Virus record (IMG/VR): IMGVR_UViG_3300037501_000241
Source of the DNA: a virus
DNA length: 64,000 nt
Strand: one strand, 5' to 3'
Shown here: one piece after another, positions 55,162-64,000 of the stretch
Position numbering within the stretch: the stretch's first letter is position 1
How the letters are laid out: each line of letters opens with the position of its first letter
Made by a program: the position numbers and the translations under genes
Notes under the pieces: generated by a model
The model's input: the letters and a program-made list of their open reading frames with translations, nothing else
Told to the model about the DNA's origin: nothing
Database searches by the model: none

Positions 55162-55860
55162 ATGATTTTTCATAAAGATATACAGAAAATGTTAAAAAAA
55201 CACACAAAGATAATCGCCTGCTCTGAAAGATACCAAAATACGCCGTATATTGCGATTTCCCGTGATAATGAGGGCTTAATGCGGTTTATATCCTGTTGCT
55301 CTTATTTTTGCCTAAAAACGCAATTTCTTGACGAATTTGGCATATCCTCGCGCTTCTTGCCGAACAAAACTTATTATATGAATTGTGAATCTTTTAATTG
55401 GGCTAAAAATGTTAAGAAAAATGAAGACGGCAACATAGAGATAGATGACATTTTCTTTGCCTCGCCAGAGAAAAATAAAGCGACTTATTTTATAAATGTG
55501 GCAAAGATTTTTAACGATTTTAAAGATAAAAAAGATAATAGTATTACCATATCAAACGAACTTCTGTCTAAATTTCTCAGATCTTGCGCGCATCTTGATA
55601 AAAATGTTTCCATAAAAATTAAGAATACCGATGATGATTTATATTGCTCTGCTGTTAAAGATGAAATTAAGGTTTCAACGCACATTAGAAAAAGAAATGA
55701 CGGCAAGCAAAGTTATTTTAACGCCACTGTAAATCCTTATTACCTCTCTTTGTGCTTGCCGGAAGATGATAAAGAGCTTGTATCCTTTGTGTATGATAAT
55801 AGACGATTGTATTTGAACGGAGCGCGTTTTGAAGCGATTGTGATGACCATTAAGCAATAA
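55162..55860 (+). CDS. Possible sliding-clamp-like protein (copy)
   Basis: Copy of 12798..13496. Confidence 0.4.
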   Translation: MIFHKDIQKMLKKHTKIIACSERYQNTPYIAISRDNEGLMRFISCCSYFCLKTQFLDEFGISSRFLPNKTYYMNCESFNWAKNVKKNEDGNIEIDDIFFASPEKNKATYFINVAKIFNDFKDKKDNSITISNELLSKFLRSCAHLDKNVSIKIKNTDDDLYCSAVKDEIKVSTHIRKRNDGKQSYFNATVNPYYLSLCLPEDDKELVSFVYDNRRLYLNGARFEAIVMTIKQ

Positions 55861-55988
55861 CATTGACAACCTAAAACAAAAATGTTATTATATTCTTATA
55901 ATAACCTTGACACACAAAACTCCGTTTTATGGATATTTTCGTCAAGGTTAATATCTAAAAGGCGGAGTTTTGTGTTTTTTATAAGAAT

Positions 55989-56558
55989 ATGCCACACGGA
56001 ATAAATAAAGAAACAGGTAAAAATAATAGATTTAAAGATTTAACCGGAAAACAATTTGGGAGATTAACAGTGATAAAATTTGATAGTGTAAAAAATAAAC
56101 ATTCTTGTTGGTTAAGCAAATGTAGTTGCGGAAATAAAAAAGTAATTAGTGGATATAGTTTTAAAAGTGGAAATACAAAAAGTTGTGGGTGTCTTAAAAA
56201 AGAAAATAGGGGACAACTGCACAAAAATTTTAAACACGGAATGAATCGGACAAGATTTTATGTAATATGGAACAATTTTGTCGCAAGATGTCTAAACAAA
56301 AATTGTAAATCTTATAAAAATTATGGAGGACGAGAAATAACAGTTTGCGACGAGTGGCTTGGCGAAAATGGATTTATAAATTTTAAAAAGGATATGTATG
56401 AACTTTATCTTAAACACTGTAAAGAATTTGGAGAAAAAGAAACAACAATAGACAGAATTAACAACGATGGAAATTATTGTAAGGAGAATTGTAGATGGGC
56501 TACATATAAAGAACAGGCGAATAATAAGAGAAAATATAAACCAAGAAAAAAATCTTAA
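55989..56558 (+). CDS. HNH endonuclease (copy)
   Basis: Copy of 13625..14194. Confidence 0.9.
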   Translation: MPHGINKETGKNNRFKDLTGKQFGRLTVIKFDSVKNKHSCWLSKCSCGNKKVISGYSFKSGNTKSCGCLKKENRGQLHKNFKHGMNRTRFYVIWNNFVARCLNKNCKSYKNYGGREITVCDEWLGENGFINFKKDMYELYLKHCKEFGEKETTIDRINNDGNYCKENCRWATYKEQANNKRKYKPRKKS

Positions 56559-57014
56559 ATATATTTATATAACGCCTTTTTTTCAGGGTGGCGTGATGAT
56601 ACAAATTACCTAATACTGAAACTTAAAAATATAGATATTTGTATCAAACGGAATTTTGCTTCGTAGTGTTTTTTTGTGCTTGTGTTTTGAATAATTAGGA
56701 AAAATGGCTATATGGATATTCTTTTAACACAGGGGCGGCAAACGCAAAAAAGGTCAATTCATTTTGTATGCTTATATCCTGTATTTTATAGGATCTTTAT
56801 TTAATGATAGTAAATACTATTCTCTTATGGCAGAGTAAAAACCAACCTTAAAAAACTGAAATATCTTAGAGGAGACAGAATTGTTTGCTGTTTTCTCTGG
56901 TTTTTGCTTGTATAAAATACGGATTTTTAGCCATTTTTATCCATTTTATAGAAACCGGAGAATATGTATTTTTTATTTTCTGCTCCTCTATGTATTTTGG
57001 TAATTTCTATTTAA

Positions 57015-57671
57015 ATGTTCACCAATAAATATATGAATAAGCAAGAGCAATTATTAGCTTTCATAAAATTTTCTCTAAAAGGAAACGGAACAGGCGGTCT
57101 TTTGTATGGAAAACCTGGTTTTGGGAAGACGCACGCCCTCTTTCAAGCTCTTGCCGAATATGGTTTGGGCAAAAACTTTCTATACGCCACGAATTATTAC
57201 ACGCCACTTTCTTTTTTTGAACTTCTAAGAGACAACAGCGATAAAATAATTGTGTGCGATGATGCCGAGAACATCTTGGAAAATAAACTATCTTCCAACT
57301 TTCTCCGTTCCGCTTTATGGAAAAACAACGGACATCGGTTTATAACATATTCAACTTCCAAGAAAAAAACCACTTTTGAATTTAAAGGTAAAATAATTTT
57401 GATTGCCAATTATTTGCCAAAACGAATTGCCCCTATTGCCGACAGGGTGCCGACTTATGAGTATAATTTAACTCGGGAAGAATTATTATCTATAATAGAA
57501 CGCAATCTGGTGAATAAAGAATATAAAAATTTATCTTTTAAAGATAGAAAAGAAATTTTTGAACATATAAAAAATTATAAAAATAACGATTCGCTTAGTT
57601 TGCGGACCTTTATAAAAATGGCTGATGCTATGTCTTTTGATAGAAATAATTGGCGTTCTTTGAATTTTTAA
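57015..57671 (+). CDS. AAA ATPase (copy)
   Basis: Copy of 14651..15307. Confidence 0.85.
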   Translation: MFTNKYMNKQEQLLAFIKFSLKGNGTGGLLYGKPGFGKTHALFQALAEYGLGKNFLYATNYYTPLSFFELLRDNSDKIIVCDDAENILENKLSSNFLRSALWKNNGHRFITYSTSKKKTTFEFKGKIILIANYLPKRIAPIADRVPTYEYNLTREELLSIIERNLVNKEYKNLSFKDRKEIFEHIKNYKNNDSLSLRTFIKMADAMSFDRNNWRSLNF

Positions 57672-57864
57672 GATGTGGATCTGTTCTGTGGATAATTGCT
57701 TATTGTAATGTTAAAGAATATATGATATGCTTTATTCGTATGAATAAAACACAACGCTATCCTTTTATAAAAAATAAAAAGCTCATATACTCCAAAAAGG
57801 ATTCAATTAGCGTTGTGTGCCTTAAAGGAGTATGTGAGCTTTTTGTATTTTATAAAAAATAATT

Positions 57865-59127
57865 ATGCCTTTCTTTTCAGAGAAAATTATTCCAGAGCAA
57901 GGCTTTATAAGAAAATATATTGATTATGTTTCTTTACTTTCAGATAGTCCGGAAGAATTTGCTATTTTAAATTCTTTTGGTTTGTTATCAATTATTTCTC
58001 GTCAATGTGTTATATCCCGCAATGGAATTAACTTGCGTCCAAATATATGGGTTATGATTTTGGCGGCTTCAACTATTTATCATAAAACAGAGGCAATAAA
58101 CATATCGCACGAATTATTATCTTTATTTGCTTATTCATCTTGGGAAGAAAAAAATAAAGATGGAGAAATAAAAAAAAGAAGCATAGTGTTTCCGCAAGAA
58201 TTTACAAAAGAAAAATTCTTTGAAATTTTAGCCGAGCAGAATTATGGAATAATTTTTTCGGAGGAATTCGCGGGCTTTATGTCAATGATGCAAAAAGATT
58301 ATATGGGTGGAACAAAAAATTTTTTGGCAACCCTATATGATAGTCCGCCTTTTCCTTTGACTCGTGGAACAAAAGCGGAGGGAATAATAACCATACCTCC
58401 AAATCCTTATCTTGTTATGATGACGGCTTCTTCTTTGACTTGGTTTCACGAGTCAGCGACCGGGATAGATGCGGGTGGCGGTTTTCTTAATCGGTTTATT
58501 ATATGTTCTTTTAAAGGAAGAAAAACGCGCGTCATTCCATATTGGGATAGAATAAAAGCGGGAGATAAAAAGATTGAACTTGTTTTAATGATGAATGAAA
58601 TTCATAATTTGATTGAACAAAATAAAAATGGCGGCAGCTTATGCCAATTTACTATTACAGATGAAGCTGTTTCATTTTCAAATAATAAAGAAATTGAATA
58701 TGAAGAGCAGATTATGGATAAACTTCAAGAAGGAGATGATACAACTTTTATTCCGCGCATACCAACACAAGCAATTAAATTATCCGCTCTTTACGCATTA
58801 TCGGAAAAACGATTTCTTATTAAAATCAAAGATATGGAAAGAGCTTGGTGTTTTCTTGAACTGTTAAGAGAAAATACCACAAAAGAACTTCAATATCTCA
58901 GTGAGGATAAAATAAGTCAAAAGTGGGAAAGAAGAACACAGCTTATTTTATCAAAAATTAAAAATAATCCCGGAATTACGAGGCGTATTTTATACAATAA
59001 AGTTTCAGGTTTATCTTCAAGTGAAATGAATAAAATAGAAGATTCTTTGATTGATGCCGAAAAAATAGAAATTAGAAATGAACAAATTGATAAAAAAACA
59101 GTGCGAAGTTATTATATTAAGAATTAA
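57865..59127 (+). CDS. DUF3987-like helicase (copy)
   Basis: Copy of 15501..16763. Confidence 0.75.
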   Translation: MPFFSEKIIPEQGFIRKYIDYVSLLSDSPEEFAILNSFGLLSIISRQCVISRNGINLRPNIWVMILAASTIYHKTEAINISHELLSLFAYSSWEEKNKDGEIKKRSIVFPQEFTKEKFFEILAEQNYGIIFSEEFAGFMSMMQKDYMGGTKNFLATLYDSPPFPLTRGTKAEGIITIPPNPYLVMMTASSLTWFHESATGIDAGGGFLNRFIICSFKGRKTRVIPYWDRIKAGDKKIELVLMMNEIHNLIEQNKNGGSLCQFTITDEAVSFSNNKEIEYEEQIMDKLQEGDDTTFIPRIPTQAIKLSALYALSEKRFLIKIKDMERAWCFLELLRENTTKELQYLSEDKISQKWERRTQLILSKIKNNPGITRRILYNKVSGLSSSEMNKIEDSLIDAEKIEIRNEQIDKKTVRSYYIKN

Positions 59128-59142
59128 AAGCGCAAATTAAAT

Positions 59143-59553
59143 ATGGAAAAATGTCTAAAACCGGAACTCTTGGAAGATATGACCGAACAATTTATTAAAT
59201 GGTATTCGGAGCATCCCGACGGGAAACTTGAAATAGAAAAGTGGTATAAAAAACAAGGAACGGGTTATAAAAAATATGCTGTAAAGGGTTTCTTTAATTC
59301 TTTTGGACAATTTACTTTTTATTGTCCGATGTGCGGACAATGGCATTATCATTCCGAAGTTGAAGATGATGACGGATATGGAGAATATAAAACTAAATTC
59401 GGACATCGCGTTCCTCATTGCAATTATTGGAGAAATCAATATGAGATACAATTATTTTCTTTTAAAGAACTTTTAGAGATGAGAGATTTAATCAACATAA
59501 CTCTTAATAATGTTCGGTATAAAAATTTATTGGCAGATTGCGACAACGAATAA
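59143..59553 (+). CDS. Hypothetical metal-binding protein (copy)
   Basis: Copy of 16779..17189. Confidence 0.7.
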   Translation: MEKCLKPELLEDMTEQFIKWYSEHPDGKLEIEKWYKKQGTGYKKYAVKGFFNSFGQFTFYCPMCGQWHYHSEVEDDDGYGEYKTKFGHRVPHCNYWRNQYEIQLFSFKELLEMRDLINITLNNVRYKNLLADCDNE

Positions 59554-60125
59554 AAAATATGGAAAATCTTTATCTTAAATCAATAGAATTAGAAATTGAA
59601 TCGCAAATCACAATTTCTTTATGGAAAGATAATTTAATTAAAAAATCATTGAATGAACCAAATGTTGCCGATTTTTTGATGTATCATAAGAAAAAGAAAT
59701 ATGATTTGGACCGCAGTATTGAAAATAGATGGAATAATTTAATGCTCTCCCCCCGGTTTAGAAATTATTTCTACGAAAGGGAATACGAAATTGAAAGCAG
59801 AAAAGATGATAGCGAATCAATCGCTTATTGCGCTACTTTAAGAAAATTATGGATGAAAGGAAATACAAATTATAATTACGCTCTTTTGGCAGAGAAAAAA
59901 AAGAATTTTAGTTATGAGGCGTATTTGGGAGAACCGAAGAGAACAAACGGAGGTAAAAAAGTATGGTTATGTCCTCTTGGACACATTGAAAAAAATCCAT
60001 CTTTTACAGTTTTTCCGGACAATCATTTTTACTGTTTCTCGTGTTGTGAAGGAGGGGACCCGATAACATTTGTGATGAAAATGGAAAACTGTGATTTTAA
60101 GCGCGCTTTAAATAAATTATATTAA
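59538..60125 (+). CDS. CHC2 zinc-finger protein (copy)
   Basis: Copy of 17174..17761. Confidence 0.88.
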   Translation: MRQRIKNMENLYLKSIELEIESQITISLWKDNLIKKSLNEPNVADFLMYHKKKKYDLDRSIENRWNNLMLSPRFRNYFYEREYEIESRKDDSESIAYCATLRKLWMKGNTNYNYALLAEKKKNFSYEAYLGEPKRTNGGKKVWLCPLGHIEKNPSFTVFPDNHFYCFSCCEGGDPITFVMKMENCDFKRALNKLY

Positions 60126-60150
60126 AAATAAAAAAACACAATATTTTTTT

Positions 60151-61134
60151 ATGAAAATTGAAAAATTAAAAATAAATACGGTGGTTTGTGGAGATAGCTT
60201 AGCTGTTCTCAAAACTTTTCCAAACGAAAGCGTGGACTGCGTAATCACAAGTCCGCCATACTTTAATCTTAGAGATTATGGCGTTAATGGACAGATAGGT
60301 TTGGAAAAAACATATCAAGAATATATTGATAAATTGATTGCCGTATTTGATGAAGTAAAAAGAATTTTGAAAAAAGACGGAACTTGTTTTATTAATCTTA
60401 TGGATACTTATGGTGGTAGCGGGGGATTGGGATATAAACAAAGTTATTCAAATGTTAATCAATCAACCGGTGGAAAGGAAAATATATCATTAAAAAGCAA
60501 ATTAGGGATTAAAACTAATTATCTGCAAAAAAGTTTAATGATGATACCCGAAAGATTTGGAATAGCAATGATTGATAGGGGTTGGATAAACAGAAATTGT
60601 CTTATCTGGATAAAACCAAATGCGATGCCCGAAAGCGTGCAAGACAGATGGAAAAAGGCGCACGAGTATATATTTTTCTTCACAAAATCAAAAAAATATT
60701 ACTTTAACTTGGATGCCATAAGAACACCGCATAAAGATATTTCCATTAAAAGAGCCGACTATGAACAAGGAAGAAATGCTTTGGGACAAAATGTTAGCAG
60801 TATGGGAGATAAATCAAAAAAATATGGAATGTCTGCAAGACAAGTTAAGTTAAATCCAAAAGGAGCAGTTCCACCGGACTATCTGATAGTTAATACAAAT
60901 TGCTCTGAATTTGACACTGTAAAAGAACATTACGCCACATATCCGACTAAATTGATAGTTCCGCTTATTAAAGCAGGGTGTCCGGATAAAGGAATTGTTT
61001 TAGACCCATTCTTTGGAAGCGGAACAACAGGGCTTGTCGCGAAATTCTTGGGACGTAATTACATCGGAATAGAACTTAATCCTGAATATATCAAGTTAGC
61101 AAAACAAAGATTATCGCAACAAATCTTAATCTAA
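60151..61134 (+). CDS. N4/N6 DNA methyltransferase (copy)
   Basis: Copy of 17787..18770. Confidence 0.93.
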   Translation: MKIEKLKINTVVCGDSLAVLKTFPNESVDCVITSPPYFNLRDYGVNGQIGLEKTYQEYIDKLIAVFDEVKRILKKDGTCFINLMDTYGGSGGLGYKQSYSNVNQSTGGKENISLKSKLGIKTNYLQKSLMMIPERFGIAMIDRGWINRNCLIWIKPNAMPESVQDRWKKAHEYIFFFTKSKKYYFNLDAIRTPHKDISIKRADYEQGRNALGQNVSSMGDKSKKYGMSARQVKLNPKGAVPPDYLIVNTNCSEFDTVKEHYATYPTKLIVPLIKAGCPDKGIVLDPFFGSGTTGLVAKFLGRNYIGIELNPEYIKLAKQRLSQQILI

Positions 61135-61292
61135 ATAACCCCCTCACCATAAAAACGCGCGGGGTCGGTCAGCAGAGAAGCTGTGCGTGTTCACAGGGGG
61201 AATATAAAAAATAAAATTAACACAAAACAAGAACAGATTAAAAAGGTTTTAAGTGTTAATTCCTTTTTAGTCCTTTATTGTTTTAAATATAT

Positions 61293-62156
61293 ATGCTTAA
61301 TGTAAAAAATCTCGCAGAAATACAAAAGCAAGGAAATCAAACGCTTAACATTTTAATTTATGGACAACCAGGAACAGGAAAGACAACACTTGCGTCCTCA
61401 GTTTCTAAGCTCGGCAAAACTTTACTTATTGATAGTGAAGCAGGAAGTAAATTTATAAAAGAAGAGTTTGCAGGTAATATTGACTACCTAAAACTTGAAA
61501 AGATAGAACAGTTGGATGAAGTATTAAAAAAAGAAAACATAAAAGAATATAAAGCAATAATAATTGATTCAATTTCTGATGTTCTGAAACGAATGATTGA
61601 CAAAGTAAAAGGGACGAAAGAAACCCCGCAACTTCAAGATTGGTCTAAAATTATTGGGGGTCTTGAAACTTATTTTAGACATTTTCGTGATTTAGATAAA
61701 CATTGTATTCTTGTTGCTTTATCTCAAGATCACGAAGACGAAGGAATAATCTTGCAAAGACCCCTGCTTGCAGGAAAGTCGTTGCCACAGAATGTTTGTG
61801 GTTATATGGATATTGTTCTTTATTTGACTTCAGATAAACAAAATAAGAGACACGGATTCGTTCAGCCGACAGAAAAATATTACGCCAAAGATCGTAGTGG
61901 AATGCTTGGAGATAATCTTGTTGATGAACAACTAAATATTCAATGGATTTCCGAAAGGTGTTTAATAACGCCAAAGAGTGCTTCTAAAGAACAATTAGAA
62001 AGAGTTTCTGAACTTGTCAAAGAATTAAAACTTGATAATGACGCAAAATTAAAAGCGGCATTTTGGGTTGGGGCGATTGATTTAAAAGTTCTTAACTGTG
62101 TGCAGGCAGAGAAAATAATTGGAATGTTAGAAAAAAAATTATCTTTAGCTAACTAA
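61293..62156 (+). CDS. Sak4-like ATPase (copy)
   Basis: Copy of 18929..19792. Confidence 0.85.
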   Translation: MLNVKNLAEIQKQGNQTLNILIYGQPGTGKTTLASSVSKLGKTLLIDSEAGSKFIKEEFAGNIDYLKLEKIEQLDEVLKKENIKEYKAIIIDSISDVLKRMIDKVKGTKETPQLQDWSKIIGGLETYFRHFRDLDKHCILVALSQDHEDEGIILQRPLLAGKSLPQNVCGYMDIVLYLTSDKQNKRHGFVQPTEKYYAKDRSGMLGDNLVDEQLNIQWISERCLITPKSASKEQLERVSELVKELKLDNDAKLKAAFWVGAIDLKVLNCVQAEKIIGMLEKKLSLAN

Positions 62157-62160
62157 ATTT

Positions 62161-62793
62161 ATGTGGTCAGCAAGCCAACTCAAAATATATCGCATTTGTC
62201 CAAAGAAATACTATCATCAGTATATACTTGGAGAAAAGGAAGCGCCGTCAGAAGCGCAGTCCTTTGGCATATTGTTTCACGAAGCGGTCCAAAAACTTAA
62301 TGATTTGAATGAAAATCTATACCCGGAAGAAATTGTAAGTATGATTAAAAATCTAAGAGCAACTCCCGAATTTGCGGAAATAAAAATCATTGCGTGGGAA
62401 CAAAAGTTTAAACAGAAATTGGGCGAATTCACTTTTCTCGGCTATATAGACGCGATAGGAAAATTACCAAACAGAGAAGATGTTATTATTGAGCTCAAGT
62501 CCGCAAATTCTATGTGGAAAGAGAAAGAGATACAAGAAAATATAGTTCAGCCGACAATATATCAAAAGGCTACCGGCATAAAGAATATAAAATACTTCAT
62601 TGTCGGAAAACAAAAAAATCCAAAAGTTCAAGTTATAAATGCAGAAGTTGAGCTTTGGGAAAAGGTAGAACAAACTTGTAGAGATATAATAAATGATTTT
62701 GGATATGAGCCAAATGCTTACAAAGATGAAAATAAAAAACATAATTGCTTTTCTTGTTCATTGCGAGAAAGCAGGTGCGAAGCTTATTTTTAG
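62161..62793 (+). CDS. PD-(D/E)XK exonuclease (copy)
   Basis: Copy of 19797..20429. Confidence 0.88.
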   Translation: MWSASQLKIYRICPKKYYHQYILGEKEAPSEAQSFGILFHEAVQKLNDLNENLYPEEIVSMIKNLRATPEFAEIKIIAWEQKFKQKLGEFTFLGYIDAIGKLPNREDVIIELKSANSMWKEKEIQENIVQPTIYQKATGIKNIKYFIVGKQKNPKVQVINAEVELWEKVEQTCRDIINDFGYEPNAYKDENKKHNCFSCSLRESRCEAYF

Positions 62794-62845
62794 AAATTTA
62801 ACTTAACCGCCTCCCAAAATAAAATAATGGAAGGCAAAAAATAGT

Positions 62846-63280
62846 ATGGAAGAAAATTTATTAGATAATTTGTTAGATGATGAAGCCAAAAAACTCTACA
62901 ACAAGCCAGAAAGTTCTTTGAATACGAAGTTTCTAAAGAATGAGTTTTTTATTGGAGATGGTATAGTTCTATCATTGAAAGAAAAAGTTGGAAAAATTAC
63001 ATCAACATTTAAGAATGAGAAAACCGGAGAATATCCTGAAAAATATCTTTTTACATTCTTTAATGAAATTGCCAATGAGCAAACAATGGAAACATCAGTT
63101 AAGAACGGAAAAAGAATGTTGGAAGCAATAATAAAAGCAGGAGTCAGAATTGGTGATAAAATGATTTTGAAAGCTGAGAAGTTGGATGAATATAACTATT
63201 CTTGGGAATGCAAGAAATTGGAAGACGAGAAAGAAGAAAATCCACTTGATTCAATGGGACAAGAAGATTCTCCGATTTAA
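62846..63280 (+). CDS. Putative SSB (copy)
   Basis: Copy of 20482..20916. Confidence 0.45.
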   Translation: MEENLLDNLLDDEAKKLYNKPESSLNTKFLKNEFFIGDGIVLSLKEKVGKITSTFKNEKTGEYPEKYLFTFFNEIANEQTMETSVKNGKRMLEAIIKAGVRIGDKMILKAEKLDEYNYSWECKKLEDEKEENPLDSMGQEDSPI

Positions 63281-63366
63281 TTCAATTTTAGTCTGGCTGA
63301 AAAGCTGGACTATATAGTGAATTAAATATCCCTCCATAAAAAAATTGTGGGAGATGAATAAATACT

Positions 63367-63657
63367 ATGAAAAAATGGACAAAAAAATTTCTTAATAAAA
63401 CAATGTTAGAAAAATGGGAAAAAGAATATAATGATCCATTAAATTGTAACCATACAAAAGATAACGCAGAAAAGGCGTTTAAAAAATTTGGTATTCCGAA
63501 AGATTTGTGGATGGAATTATCAGAACATCACATAATTTTGCAAGACATAATCAAATCTTCAATTAAACTGGAATGGAAATTCAATATGGCTTTTATGTGT
63601 GGATTTTTAGTTGGTTGGAAAGAGAGGATGGACGATAAAAAGAGAATAAATAAATAA
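63367..63657 (+). CDS. Hypothetical protein (copy)
   Basis: Copy of 21003..21293. Confidence 0.7.
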   Translation: MKKWTKKFLNKTMLEKWEKEYNDPLNCNHTKDNAEKAFKKFGIPKDLWMELSEHHIILQDIIKSSIKLEWKFNMAFMCGFLVGWKERMDDKKRINK

Positions 63658-64000
63658 AAATATAAAAACAAAACAAATCAAAATAATCCCCAAATATGAA
63701 AAAACAAAAAGTAAATATGCGGGTATGGCTTTGCACCAATCCGCTAAAAAGCGGACAAAATCAAGCGTTCCCACAAAGATTTATAAGCCAGCTTGAAAAA
63801 GATTATTTGACAAATAATTGAAAAATCCGTAAAACTATTGAAAAAATGCGGAATTTTAATTTTATTTCACATAATTATTACTCCGACTTACAGAAAAAAA
63901 ACAGGGTTTGAAAGAGTGGGATTGCATCCTGTTTTATGCGGATTGGGAAACGCGATAAGAGTTGTAAATGTGTTAAGAAAATAAAAAAAGTTAGATAAAA

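Larger units (their letters stand above)
42365..64000. repeat. Second (partial) copy of the 42,364-bp phage genome; repeats positions 1-21,636
   Basis: Position 42,365 restarts caataataagtgaagc seen at position 1. Every ORF recurs at +42,364 with identical translation. Confidence 0.98.

Noticed and set aside
42365-64000. Biological 21.6-kb segmental duplication
   Set aside because: Perfect identity and a junction in the middle of a gene fit circular wrap-around or concatemer.

Overview
The window holds one complete, AT-rich tailed-phage genome of 42,364 bp plus a wrap-around. Positions 42,365-64,000 repeat positions 1-21,636 with identical translations, so this is most likely a circular or concatemerised contig rather than a biological duplication. 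The genome has two divergent arms meeting at a non-coding control region (about 9,632-10,660). The minus-strand late arm encodes terminase, portal, scaffold, major capsid, decoration-like paralogues, spike/fibre proteins, a lysis module, head-tail adaptor, tail tube/stabiliser and two ejection-like proteins. The plus-strand early/middle arm encodes a putative origin, clamp-like protein, HNH nuclease, AAA ATPase, DUF3987 helicase-like protein, CHC2 zinc-finger protein, two DNA methyltransferases, a Sak4-like ATPase/exonuclease/SSB recombination module and accessory genes. I found no integrase, repressor, DNA polymerase, reverse transcriptase, tape measure, tRNA or CRISPR array, which fits a podovirus-like phage. 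Spike-protein motifs, a C-terminal repeat on the peptidase and SD-less start contexts suggest a CPR (Parcubacteria-like) host; this is inference. Main leads: (1) four tandem genes built from 29 combinatorially varied 27-aa ankyrin-like repeats; (2) recurring A-B-A'-B' mutually exclusive RNA pairings and other structured RNAs, one displaying an anti-Shine-Dalgarno loop; (3) virion-module proteins with Sec or lipoprotein signal peptides; (4) a Tad2-like anti-defence gene between 17-bp direct repeats; (5) perfect DnaA boxes beside phage promoters; (6) a stand-alone copy of the helicase winged-helix domain next to the putative origin. All family assignments come from motif recognition by eye; no database search or folding program was run.
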